Source: an uncultured Candidatus Actinomarina sp. (lineage in GTDB: Bacteria > Actinomycetota > Acidimicrobiia > Actinomarinales > Actinomarinaceae). Taken from it: DNA of 64,000 nt. A program made the position numbers and the translations under genes. The stretch lies in NCBI GenBank assembly GCA_902619825.1, contig CACNFT010000001.1:265534-329533 (forward strand). Reading direction: 5' to 3'. The notes beneath the pieces are model-generated. The model saw only the letters and a list, made by a program, of their open reading frames with translations, was not told the DNA's origin and ran no database searches. This document shows, one piece after another, positions 49,217 to 59,291 of this stretch; position 1 is the first letter of the stretch, and each line of letters starts with the position of its first letter.

Positions 49217-50067
49217 AATTTACTTGATTCAACAATCAGATTATTAATAGCTATTCTAGGCCTTATCCCATTTGATAAGTCCTCAATTAAATTTGTTAAT
49301 AATTCTGAATATCTAAATTCTATTCTAGAAAAGTTTTGTATTGATAAAATACTGTTAACAAGATACTCGATTGTACTTTGAAAAACTTTCAAAGTATTTA
49401 CATTTTCAATATCTAAATCATCAATTTTTTTTTCTAACTCGATAAATTTAAATAATCTTTCATTTGTCTCACTATTAATTGTTTTTAATTCTTGTAAAGT
49501 ACTAGAAATTGATTCAAGTCTTTCTTTTGTTCCATTTAAAATATATTCATTATCAATATCTAAAAAATTTATTATTTCATCGAAGTCAAAATTGTAACTA
49601 TATGTAAATTCGTCATCTATATATATTGTCCTGCATCTACTCTTGAGCGTAGGCAAAATACTCTTAACTGAATCATCTTTAGCATGTGACCAATACCTAC
49701 CATTTGATGTGATAATAAAAATATTAGATTCTGATGGTTCCTCTAGAGTTTTCAACAATGCATTTGATGACTCTTCAGTAAGAGATCTGTCTGGAGGAAA
49801 AATAAATATTTTATACTGACCCTCGATTGGAAAAATGCTTTCATCATTTATTACTTGTCTTATGTCATTTACACCAAGAGTGTTTTGGTTTTCAGATGTC
49901 ACCACTCTTATATCTGGATGGTTGATAATTTGGTTTTCATTAAAGAGTAGAGATGAGGAAAATAGTTTTGATTGTTCTATCAAGTATTTTGAAGAGCTTG
50001 AAATTAATAGGTAAGAATGAAAAGGGTTTTCAGTTTCGTTTTTTAGTATTTGATTTAATTCAGTCAA
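49213..50067 (-). CDS. holB: DNA polymerase III subunit delta' (reduced)
   Basis: HPD, NALLKTLEEP, ILPTLKSRC; directly downstream of tmk. Confidence 0.85.
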   Translation of the reverse strand: MTELNQILKNETENPFHSYLLISSSSKYLIEQSKLFSSSLLFNENQIINHPDIRVVTSENQNTLGVNDIRQVINDESIFPIEGQYKIFIFPPDRSLTEESSNALLKTLEEPSESNIFIITSNGRYWSHAKDDSVKSILPTLKSRCRTIYIDDEFTYSYNFDFDEIINFLDIDNEYILNGTKERLESISSTLQELKTINSETNERLFKFIELEKKIDDLDIENVNTLKVFQSTIEYLVNSILSIQNFSRIEFRYSELLTNLIEDLSNGIRPRIAINNLIVESSKL

Positions 50068-50662
50068 GCTCTAACCATTTATAAATTGTCTTTAAGTTTT
50101 CTGTTAAATCTAATGTTGCATCAACTACCAAAAAATTCTCATTAAATTTTTCCGAGAGTTGAAGATAACCCTCTCTTACTTTTTTAAAAAAATCCAGTTC
50201 CGAACTTCCGATTCGATCATTGATTTTTTGTCTTTTTAAAGATACCTCAGGATCAATATCTAATAGTATTACCTTTTCGGGCCAATATCCTTCAACTGCT
50301 ATGTCATTAATTTCATAAATTCTATCAAAACCCAACTCTCTCCCAACACCCTGATAGGCAACTGAAGAATACGCACTTCTATCTGATATGATTTTTATGC
50401 CATTTTTAATTGATGGTTTAATTATTTCCCTTACAAGGTTTGCTCTGTTTGCAGAAAAGAGCAATGCTTCTGTCAAAGGCTCAACCGTATATTCATGGCT
50501 CAGTAAAAGCTCTCGTATGCCTTCTCCAAGTTTTGAACCACCTGGTTCCCTTACCACTTTAAAATCTATTGATTTTTTTTCTAGATGACTACTTAATGCT
50601 TCGATATAGCTTGTTTTTCCAGAACCATCAACACCCTCGAAAGCAACATAATCTGTATTCAA
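50060..50662 (-). CDS. tmk: Thymidylate kinase
   Basis: FEGVDGSGKT, REPGG, SDR...SS.AYQG. Confidence 0.95.
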   Translation of the reverse strand: MNTDYVAFEGVDGSGKTSYIEALSSHLEKKSIDFKVVREPGGSKLGEGIRELLLSHEYTVEPLTEALLFSANRANLVREIIKPSIKNGIKIISDRSAYSSVAYQGVGRELGFDRIYEINDIAVEGYWPEKVILLDIDPEVSLKRQKINDRIGSSELDFFKKVREGYLQLSEKFNENFLVVDATLDLTENLKTIYKWLELD

Positions 50663-50664
50663 AT

Positions 50665-51987
50665 TTAATTTTCCTTTTTGTCTAAATCAAACTTAATCTT
50701 ATTAAAGTTTGATCTCTCAATACCAAATTCCTTAAAAATTTTTTTATATCCAATCGTAAAGTTCAAAATACCAGTAGTAAATATCAAGATTGAACTTCCT
50801 ACCAATACTAAATAAACTCCGTCTTGATTGAAAACTCCATCTAAATAATTTGCAGCTGTACCAGATATCAAAAAAGAAATTAATAGTGCAAGTCTTCCAA
50901 TGGTGTAAAAGTTGCCAAAAACTCTACCTCGAAGTTCTGGATTAGTAGAAGCTTGCAAGTAACTTATAGTTAGAAGATAAACCCCACCTGTACCAATTCC
51001 AGATATGAAAATTGATAATATGATTACTACAAAATCAACTGATCTAAATGCTAAAAAAAGAGAAATTCCTGTGATTATCATACAAGAGCCTATGAGAAAA
51101 TTTATTCTATTAAAGGTTGTTACAAAATAACTAAGTGTGAGCATACTAAATATTATTCCTGTTCCGAAGGAAGCAATCATGAAACCAAATGAGCTTTCAC
51201 TAAACCCTAAATCTACGGTCAAAAATGTATGGCCTAGAATGAACAAGGTTCCTGCACCAATTAAACAAAATGAAATTGAAAAAGCAATATTTCTAATATT
51301 TTTAGTTTTAAAAAAATAGTTTATTCCTTCTTGGAAATTTTTTATGGAAAATGGAGAATAACTACTTGAGGTATTTACATTTTTATTTTTTAGGAAATAC
51401 AGTAAGTATGCAGAGACCAAAAATGTAATGGTATCGAGTAAAAAAATTATCGACCCACTCCATCCATTTCCAAATTCATTAACGACATTAAAGGTATCGA
51501 GATCGCTAAAAAAACCTAACAATAAAGAGGCTATAGGTAATGTTGCATATGTTCCAATCGCAAAAAGTGAATTTGCTTTTACAAGATTTTCAGAGTCTAT
51601 AATCTCCGGAACTACAGCCTCTCTAGATGGCTGTCTTATCAATGAAAAAATCTCTGAGAAAAAATTGATTATAAAAATAAAATATAAATTATCTGCAAAA
51701 AATAAAAATAAAACTAAGACCATCCTTGTAAGATCACAAAAAATCATAACTAATTTTTTATCAAATCTGTCAGCAATTAAACCAGCAAATGACGAAAGTA
51801 ATGCAGGAATTATCCTAGCTACCAAGGGAACAACTGCTGTTAGCTCTGAATTTCCGCTCTCTGTACCTATGTAACTCGCTAAAGCTACAGACGCAAAGAG
51901 AGTTGCCCAATCTCCAAAACTTGATATCGATCCTGACCACCACAATAATGAAAACTGAGATTTTGAAAAAATTTTTATATTATTCAT
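50665..51987 (-). CDS. MFS transporter (DHA3/MFS_3-like) upstream of tmk
   Basis: SSFGDW, AGLIADRFDKK.VMIFCDL.R, PSREA.VP, ELRGRVFG. Confidence 0.87.
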   Translation of the reverse strand: MNNIKIFSKSQFSLLWWSGSISSFGDWATLFASVALASYIGTESGNSELTAVVPLVARIIPALLSSFAGLIADRFDKKLVMIFCDLTRMVLVLFLFFADNLYFIFIINFFSEIFSLIRQPSREAVVPEIIDSENLVKANSLFAIGTYATLPIASLLLGFFSDLDTFNVVNEFGNGWSGSIIFLLDTITFLVSAYLLYFLKNKNVNTSSSYSPFSIKNFQEGINYFFKTKNIRNIAFSISFCLIGAGTLFILGHTFLTVDLGFSESSFGFMIASFGTGIIFSMLTLSYFVTTFNRINFLIGSCMIITGISLFLAFRSVDFVVIILSIFISGIGTGGVYLLTISYLQASTNPELRGRVFGNFYTIGRLALLISFLISGTAANYLDGVFNQDGVYLVLVGSSILIFTTGILNFTIGYKKIFKEFGIERSNFNKIKFDLDKKEN

Positions 51988-52075
51988 TGTTTATATAATC
52001 ACTATAAATCGAATTTAAAATACTTTTTTTTTAAAATCCTGTACATTTAAAAAAAATGATGTTATCAATAAAGAC

Positions 52076-54760
52076 ATGTCGAAACCATTAGTAATTGTAG
52101 AGTCACCTACTAAGGTAAAAACAATTTCAAAAATTCTAGGTGATGGTTATATAGTTAAATCTAGTGTTGGACATATTAGGGATCTACCAAGAAATACAAA
52201 ATCTATACCTTCAGCATTTAAAAAAGAAGACATATTATGGGGTGCTGTCAAACCTGAGAATTATGAAAATATATATGTTATTCCAGAAGATAGAAAAAAA
52301 ATTGTAAATGAACTTAAAGGACTTGCCGACAATGCACCAGAGGTATATCTTGCAACTGACGACGATCGAGAAGGTGAAGCAATTGCTTATCATTTAAAAG
52401 AAGCATTAGAGCTGAAAAAAGAACCAAAAAGAATAAAATTCAATGAAATTACAAATACAGCAGTTTTAAATGCAATTAAAAATCCAGAAACCATTGATAT
52501 CGGTAAATTCAAATCGTATGAGGCAAGGAGAACACTTGATAGAATGATTGGCTACGAGATATCCCCAAAACTTAGAGATTTAGGTGGAGCTTTTATATCT
52601 ACAGGTAGAGTCCAAGGTCCTGCAATAAGGCTCATTGTTGAAAGAGAAGAAGAGAGGTTGAGCTTCGTAAAATCAAAATATTTTGAGATAAATGCAAGTT
52701 GTAAGAGTCAAGGTTTTGAATTTGCTGCAAATCTAAAAACAATTGGCGGAACCAAAATTGCCTCATCAAAAGACTTTGATAAAGATGGAAAGAAAATAAA
52801 TAAGGATCGAAAATATTTAGATGAAGATCAGTCTCGGGATATTGTGAATATACTTAGAAATTCTCTGGCAAAGGTATCAAATATCAAGGAATCTCAAAGA
52901 AGTGGAAAACCGCCAAAACCCTTTAAAACCACAAGCTTACAAACTTCATCAAAAAACAATTTAGGATTTCAACCAAGAAAAACTATGAGTATTGCTCAGA
53001 GACTATATCAGGAGGGTTTGATTACTTATATGAGAACGGATTCAATAAGACTTTCAGATGTTGCAATCAAAGCATCCAGGGAATACATTTCGTCAAATTT
53101 TAGTAGTGAGCACCTTCCATCTGAACCAAATTTTTATGGTGATAGCAAAAATGCTCAGGCTGCTCATGAGGCTATTAGACCATCCGGAGAGAGTTTTACA
53201 ACACCCCAAGAGCTACTTAAAAAATATAAAGAAGATAGCGATGAATTTAAACTTTATGAATTAATTTTCAACGTAACAATCGCATCCCAAATGTCCGAAG
53301 CAAGAGGCATAACAAAAACAATAGATCTTGAAGTAATAGATAATATTTTTGGATCAATAGTTCTTGGTATCTCTGGTACTACATGGACATTTGGAGGATA
53401 TAGAGATATCGCAAAAAACCTTACAGAGCAATCCCAAGAGCTTCCCGATTTGCAGAAAGGGGATAAAGTGGAAATAACAAAATCTGATTATGAGAAGAAG
53501 TACACTAATCCTCCAAATAGATACTCTTCTACATCATTAATAAATAAGCTAGAAGAGCTTGGTATAGGAAGGCCTTCAACTTATGTTTCAATTATTGAAA
53601 GTATTACATCTGTTTTTATAAATTCTGAATCAAGCCTGAAACCAAGAATTATTGCTCTTGCAATGATCAATAAATTCATGAAACCTTATTTTGACCCATA
53701 TATCAATTACAAATTTTCGAAAGAGATGGAGGACAAACTAGATGAGATATTAGAAAGCAATAGTCCAGAAGAAGCAAAAGTAAATTTTTTAAATGAATCG
53801 TATAAAAAAATTCAAGATCATGTTCGAAAATATGGAGAGCCTGATCCTGTTGGTTTAACATCTTATCCTCTTCCCTTTGATACAAGATATGTAGTTAAAA
53901 CTGGTCGAGTTCAGGACAAAATTGCATATCCATATTTACAGAGAGACGATAATTTCTATATTGGACTTCCACCAGATATAACAATTGAAGAAATAAATGA
54001 GACCTATATTAACGAACTTGAGAAATTGCAAGAAGCAAACTTACTAAAAGAAAGAAAAGTATGCGATTGTGCAGAATGCGGAACAGCAATTTATATAAAA
54101 CTTGGACCGAGTGGAGGATATTATTTCCAACATGGATTGAAAGAAAAAGGCGTAAGACAACCAAAGTGTATATACCGAAATATGATTGGACCTATTTTTG
54201 AAGATGAAGATCCAGATTCATTAAATTGTGATGATGCAATAAAAAGATTTAATCTATCGACAAAGAATCCTCGTTTTGTCTGCGAAGAAGGCGGTTGGAG
54301 TTATATGACTGCTGTAGGTCCATATGGTGGATTTGCCATAAAACAAAAAAATAGAGAGGTTTTTGATTTTGATGAATTAGCTAAAATGAAAAAAAATGAA
54401 ATACTTGAGCTAATAAGTTCAGAGAAATATCAGAGTGTTTTAAATTTAATTAATTTAAATCCGGTAAAAATTCCTAAGAGCCTTACTAAAGAATTACTTC
54501 TTGAAAAAATTAGGGAATCATTCTTAATTGACGAAAAAATTATAAAAAAACTTTCAAAAGATGAGCTTGTAAATTTAGCAAAACTACTTGAAATTGTTTT
54601 TTACAGAGGAAGGTTCCGAATGAAAGTTGATGATGCAACTAAAAATAATTTAATAAATAAAATTACGATTGAAAAAAAGAATAAGCCACTTGATACACCT
54701 CAAAAAGCCCTAACTATTCAGAGTGATGAAATATTAGATTTATTTGGAACGCAGAAATGA
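52076..54760 (+). CDS. topA: DNA topoisomerase I (type IA) with an atypical C-terminus
   Basis: LVIVESPTK, LATDDDREGE (Toprim), GRVQ, catalytic LITYMRTDS, AHEAIRP, GIGRPSTY. Confidence 0.95.
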   Translation: MSKPLVIVESPTKVKTISKILGDGYIVKSSVGHIRDLPRNTKSIPSAFKKEDILWGAVKPENYENIYVIPEDRKKIVNELKGLADNAPEVYLATDDDREGEAIAYHLKEALELKKEPKRIKFNEITNTAVLNAIKNPETIDIGKFKSYEARRTLDRMIGYEISPKLRDLGGAFISTGRVQGPAIRLIVEREEERLSFVKSKYFEINASCKSQGFEFAANLKTIGGTKIASSKDFDKDGKKINKDRKYLDEDQSRDIVNILRNSLAKVSNIKESQRSGKPPKPFKTTSLQTSSKNNLGFQPRKTMSIAQRLYQEGLITYMRTDSIRLSDVAIKASREYISSNFSSEHLPSEPNFYGDSKNAQAAHEAIRPSGESFTTPQELLKKYKEDSDEFKLYELIFNVTIASQMSEARGITKTIDLEVIDNIFGSIVLGISGTTWTFGGYRDIAKNLTEQSQELPDLQKGDKVEITKSDYEKKYTNPPNRYSSTSLINKLEELGIGRPSTYVSIIESITSVFINSESSLKPRIIALAMINKFMKPYFDPYINYKFSKEMEDKLDEILESNSPEEAKVNFLNESYKKIQDHVRKYGEPDPVGLTSYPLPFDTRYVVKTGRVQDKIAYPYLQRDDNFYIGLPPDITIEEINETYINELEKLQEANLLKERKVCDCAECGTAIYIKLGPSGGYYFQHGLKEKGVRQPKCIYRNMIGPIFEDEDPDSLNCDDAIKRFNLSTKNPRFVCEEGGWSYMTAVGPYGGFAIKQKNREVFDFDELAKMKKNEILELISSEKYQSVLNLINLNPVKIPKSLTKELLLEKIRESFLIDEKIIKKLSKDELVNLAKLLEIVFYRGRFRMKVDDATKNNLINKITIEKKNKPLDTPQKALTIQSDEILDLFGTQK

Positions 54761-54761
54761 T

Positions 54762-55841
54762 CTACTTTATAGATTCAATATTTGATTCAAGATTCATTAT
54801 TAGTTTTTCCCAACTGTAAAACTCTTCAACAAATTTTCTTCCATTCAATCCAAATTCTTGAATTTTTTCAGGATTATTTAAAAAGTATAAAATAGATTCC
54901 TTAAGTATATTTTTGTCACCTGCAACGAAGCCTGTTTTTCCAGGAATAATTGTTTCTATAGCTCCTCCTGAAGCACCAACAATTACAGGAAGACCATAGC
55001 TTGCAGCCTCTAAATAAACTAAACCTAGACCCTCAAACTCAACTCCAAAATATTTAGATTTTGAGGGCATGGCAAATAAGTTAATTGATCTATAAAAATC
55101 ATCAACATCTTTCTCAGTTTCATCTTTTATAAATGTCACGTTTACTGCAGAGACCGATGAAAGTTTTTTAAGATAGTTTTCCTGTTTTCCAAATCCAAGA
55201 ATTTTTAACTCTATTGGTAAGCCTTCCTCTTTTAAATCATGAGCTACATCTATTAACCAGCTTATTTTTTTTCTAGATACTAATCTGCTGACAACTCCTA
55301 TTGTTAAAGGCACATTGTTTTCATAATTATTTTCATAATTTGGAATTTCAATCCCTGCACCAATATTTATTATCTCTGTATCGGTAATATCGGATAGTTT
55401 TTTTCTTGAAAATTCACTTACAGTAAAAATCGTGTTCAAATTATCTAGATTTCTAGAAAGTAGATTTCTAACTAAAGGGATATAATTTAATACATTAAAC
55501 TCTGCGCCATGACAAATCATGTATTGTGGTATCTTCACATTTTTAGGAGAATTTGGAACATTGAGGGTATTTAGTTTATTTACAAATAAAAAATTTGGAT
55601 TACTGGATCCATGTAATATGATATCTATCTGATTGTTATTAACTATTTTTTGAATATCTTCAAAAACTTTACGAGGATTAATTATGAAGGTGTCTTCGGC
55701 TGGATACGCATCATCTCCTTCAATCCAACTTGGTCCATAAATAATAAACTTATGATCTAAATTATTAACAAGGCTTCGAAGGTATGTAGAGATACCACCT
55801 GTTTTTGGTTTCCAATCGTTAGTAATTAATAGAATATTCAT
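54762..55841 (-). CDS. GT4 glycosyltransferase, phosphatidylinositol mannosyltransferase PimB'-like
   Basis: LLITNDW.P..GGI, HGAE, VSRLVSRK, EGLGLVYLEA. Confidence 0.82.
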   Translation of the reverse strand: MNILLITNDWKPKTGGISTYLRSLVNNLDHKFIIYGPSWIEGDDAYPAEDTFIINPRKVFEDIQKIVNNNQIDIILHGSSNPNFLFVNKLNTLNVPNSPKNVKIPQYMICHGAEFNVLNYIPLVRNLLSRNLDNLNTIFTVSEFSRKKLSDITDTEIINIGAGIEIPNYENNYENNVPLTIGVVSRLVSRKKISWLIDVAHDLKEEGLPIELKILGFGKQENYLKKLSSVSAVNVTFIKDETEKDVDDFYRSINLFAMPSKSKYFGVEFEGLGLVYLEAASYGLPVIVGASGGAIETIIPGKTGFVAGDKNILKESILYFLNNPEKIQEFGLNGRKFVEEFYSWEKLIMNLESNIESIK

Positions 55842-55869
55842 TAATTAGTTTTGTTTTAAATTAATTTTA

Positions 55870-57915
55870 TCAAAACGCAGATGCGAATATAAGGCTTACG
55901 ATTGTCATTACTTTAATGACAATATTCATAGCTGGACCAGAAGTATCTTTAAATGGATCTCCAATTGTGTCACCTATAACGGCAGCTTTATGCTCATCTG
56001 AACCTTTACCGGCACCTCCACCTGCCTCAATATATTTTTTTGCATTATCCCATGCGCCACCTGAGTTGGCCATGAATATTGCAAGCAAAAATCCTGTTAC
56101 AAGTGCTCCAGCAAGAAATCCTCCCAGTGCTTCTTTATTCCAAAATCCTATTACTAAAGGCAAAACAATTGCTAGTCCGCCAGGTAGTAACATTTCTCTT
56201 AGTGCAGCTGTTGTAGCAATATCAACACACTCTTCATACTCTGGAACAACACCTTCTTTACCTTCTCTTAAGCCAGGTATCTCTCTAAATTGTCTTCTTA
56301 CTTCTTCAATCATCTTAAATGCAGCTCTTCCAACAGCATTTATTGTCATTGCTGCAAATAAAAATGGAAACATACCTCCCAAGAACAAGCCAAGAGTCAC
56401 TTCGACTTTTGTAATATTTAATCCAGACTCGGCTAAACCAGCACTCTGAACAAAAGCAGAAAATAAAGCTAAAGCTGTTACAGCAGCTGAGCCAATTGCA
56501 AATCCTTTTGCGATAGCTGCAGTAGTGTTTCCTAGAGAATCCAATTCATCTGTAGCTTTTCTTACCTCAGGATCTAAATGAGCCATTTCTGCAATACCAC
56601 CAGCATTATCAGCTATTGGGCCGTAAGCATCAACAGCAACAGTAATACCTAATGTTGCCAAAACTCCAATAGCTGCCACAGCGACCCCATAAATACCGCC
56701 GCCAGCCCCTAAAGCCCAATCACCTGCGGTGTAAGCACCAAAGACACCAAAAACTACAACAATAACTGAAAAAGCGGCAGATCTCATTCCTTCTGAAATT
56801 CCAGAAAGAACAAGGGTTGCAGGACCTGTCTTAGCTTGATCGGCAATACTCTTAACGATTGAATGATGATCTGATGTGAACCATTCTGAAATCTGACCAA
56901 CAGTTATTCCAACTAATAATCCAATGATTACTGAAATAAATAGACCAATAGGATTTTCAGAGTAATCGGCAAACATTGTATTAGAAAGAAAAAATACACC
57001 TCCTGCTGTCAAAGCTGCAGCTGAATAAGTTCCTCTGTGTAGTGCTTGTGCTAACTTTCCCTTTTGAGGGACGACAAGAAATGAGGAAACTATGGAAGCT
57101 AACATTCCTATAGTTCCTACAGCAAGTGGAAAAAATAAGAGAGAAGGCAATGCTTCCGAATTAGCAAATACGATTGCGGCATATGCTAATGGTGCAACAA
57201 GAGATCCGACATAACTTTCAAACAAATCTGCTCCCATACCAGCGACATCGCCAACATTATCACCTACATTGTCTGCAATTGTTGCTGGATTTCTAGGGTC
57301 ATCTTCAGGAATACCAGCTTCAACTTTACCAACTAAATCAGCGCCAACATCCGCAGCTTTTGTATAAATTCCTCCACCTACTCTTGCAAAAAGAGCTATC
57401 GAAGAACCTCCTAGTCCTATTGCTGCCAAAATATCATAGGCGTTTTCAAGTTCTAGGAGTTCAACAAAAATCCAATATCCAAGACCTACTCCTAACAGTC
57501 CTAAACCAGCAACTGAGAAACCCATTACGGCTCCTCCTCTAAATGCAACTGGCAAAGCTTTTAATGTTCCACCGTCTCTTGCAGCCTCAGTTGTTCTGCC
57601 ATTTGCAGCTGTTGCTATTCTCATTCCAATAAATCCAGCTAAAGAAGAAAATGCTGCACCACCAATAAATGATACTGACCCCCAAACACCAAGGTCAGTA
57701 AGAGTAGGAATCAAGATAGCTAAGACTAAAACAAAAATACTAATCCAAGAATATTGTCTTTTTAAAAAAGCCATTGAGCCTTTTCTTATAGCATCTGATA
57801 GATTACTTACTTTTTCATCAGAAACGTTTATAGCTAAAATTCTGTTTGCAAAATAGGCTGCTAAAACTAAACCTAAAATAGCAGCAAATATAGAGCCCTG
57901 ATAATTTAAAAGCAT
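55870..57915 (-). CDS. hppA: Membrane-bound K+-dependent, probably Na+-translocating pyrophosphatase
   Basis: GGIYTKAADVGADLVGKVE, DNVGDNVGD, ADLFESY, GNTTAA, GDTIGDPFKDTSGP. ATG 57915 follows SD GGGGGA. Confidence 0.95.
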   Translation of the reverse strand: MLLNYQGSIFAAILGLVLAAYFANRILAINVSDEKVSNLSDAIRKGSMAFLKRQYSWISIFVLVLAILIPTLTDLGVWGSVSFIGGAAFSSLAGFIGMRIATAANGRTTEAARDGGTLKALPVAFRGGAVMGFSVAGLGLLGVGLGYWIFVELLELENAYDILAAIGLGGSSIALFARVGGGIYTKAADVGADLVGKVEAGIPEDDPRNPATIADNVGDNVGDVAGMGADLFESYVGSLVAPLAYAAIVFANSEALPSLLFFPLAVGTIGMLASIVSSFLVVPQKGKLAQALHRGTYSAAALTAGGVFFLSNTMFADYSENPIGLFISVIIGLLVGITVGQISEWFTSDHHSIVKSIADQAKTGPATLVLSGISEGMRSAAFSVIVVVFGVFGAYTAGDWALGAGGGIYGVAVAAIGVLATLGITVAVDAYGPIADNAGGIAEMAHLDPEVRKATDELDSLGNTTAAIAKGFAIGSAAVTALALFSAFVQSAGLAESGLNITKVEVTLGLFLGGMFPFLFAAMTINAVGRAAFKMIEEVRRQFREIPGLREGKEGVVPEYEECVDIATTAALREMLLPGGLAIVLPLVIGFWNKEALGGFLAGALVTGFLLAIFMANSGGAWDNAKKYIEAGGGAGKGSDEHKAAVIGDTIGDPFKDTSGPAMNIVIKVMTIVSLIFASAF

Positions 57916-57972
57916 TAATTCCCCCAATTAGTGAATAAATATATATTAATTATATTAATTTTTTTTATCTTC

Positions 57973-59199
57973 TTATTCTACAACAGGTGTTTCGAACCTT
58001 TGATCATCATCTCTTTCAGAAAGAGGTACCTTTTGTAAAATCCTATTTAGTAGAATTGGTGCAATAACCGTTGTTACAATCACCATCCAAATAATTATTG
58101 AAATAATATCTTCTGTGATTATTGATGATAAAGTTGTAGTTGCAACAGCGACGAAAATCAACCCTACTTCGCCTCTTGGTGACATGCCAATCCCAATTAA
58201 AGAAGTGTTAAAACCTTTACCCATAGCACCAAGTGCTGAAACATATTTTCCAACGAATGCTAACAAGCTTACTAACATTCCATACAAAAATACTTCGGGT
58301 GAGGCCAGCGTTTGGATGTTAACTTCAGAACCAATATAAACAAAAAATATTGGTACTAACAAAAAGTTCAGTGGCTTCATTTCACTTCTAATTCTTTTGG
58401 TCATTTTTGACTCAGCAGCAATTACACCTCCAGCGAATGCACCTACAATTGGATGAAGACCCACAAAATGTGCAGCTGCGCCTAACAACATAGCAAAAAT
58501 AAAACTTCCAGTTATGAATGTTCCAGGTGAAGGAATTTTTACGAAAAAGTTGAAAATGATTGGCGATAACTTCCTTCCAAGTATTACAACGACAATTAAA
58601 AATCCAAGGGCTTTGCCAGTGATTATAGCTAAATCAACTAATGCAAATTCTTCAGTGCTACCAAGTAGACCGGCAACAACAGTCAAAATTAGAAGACCAA
58701 GTATGTCGTCGACAACCGCTGCGCCAATAATTGTTTTTGCTTCTTTGGACTTCAGTGCTCCCAAATCACCAAAGACTCTTGCTGTAATCCCAACTGAAGT
58801 AGCAGTCATGGCTGCTCCGACAAAAAGTGCAATTTCAAATTGATTATCTCCTCCAAGACCAAGTGCATAAATTGCACCATATCCCAATGCAAAAGGTGCT
58901 ACAACACCAATTAATGCAACAAGAATTGAAGTTGAACCAAGCTCTACAAACTCTTCTAGATTAGTCTCAAGCCCAACTTCAAATAATAAAAGTACTACAC
59001 CTATTTCAGCCAAAGTAGATACAACATCTCCTTTTTCAAAGTGTGGAAGAAGGCCTAGTCCGTAATAACCAATGATTATTCCAACGATAAGTTCACCTAT
59101 AACAGCAGGTTGATTGATTCTCCTCATTAATTCAGCACCGATTTTTGCTGCTACTAAAATAATTGCAATTTCGAGAAATTTTTCAATAATTGTTTCCAT
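57973..59199 (-). CDS. CPA2-family cation:proton antiporter (NapA/GerN-like Na+/H+)
   Basis: LLLFEVGLE, ATSVGIT, AAVVDDILG, GMSPRGEVG. Confidence 0.9.
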   Translation of the reverse strand: METIIEKFLEIAIILVAAKIGAELMRRINQPAVIGELIVGIIIGYYGLGLLPHFEKGDVVSTLAEIGVVLLLFEVGLETNLEEFVELGSTSILVALIGVVAPFALGYGAIYALGLGGDNQFEIALFVGAAMTATSVGITARVFGDLGALKSKEAKTIIGAAVVDDILGLLILTVVAGLLGSTEEFALVDLAIITGKALGFLIVVVILGRKLSPIIFNFFVKIPSPGTFITGSFIFAMLLGAAAHFVGLHPIVGAFAGGVIAAESKMTKRIRSEMKPLNFLLVPIFFVYIGSEVNIQTLASPEVFLYGMLVSLLAFVGKYVSALGAMGKGFNTSLIGIGMSPRGEVGLIFVAVATTTLSSIITEDIISIIIWMVIVTTVIAPILLNRILQKVPLSERDDDQRFETPVVE

Positions 59200-59291
59200 G
59201 TTGACCTATTTTAAATATATATAAATTAAATGATAATGATTAAAACAACTCTATTAATTTATAAAAAAAAATAATATAATTTGTAGTTAAT

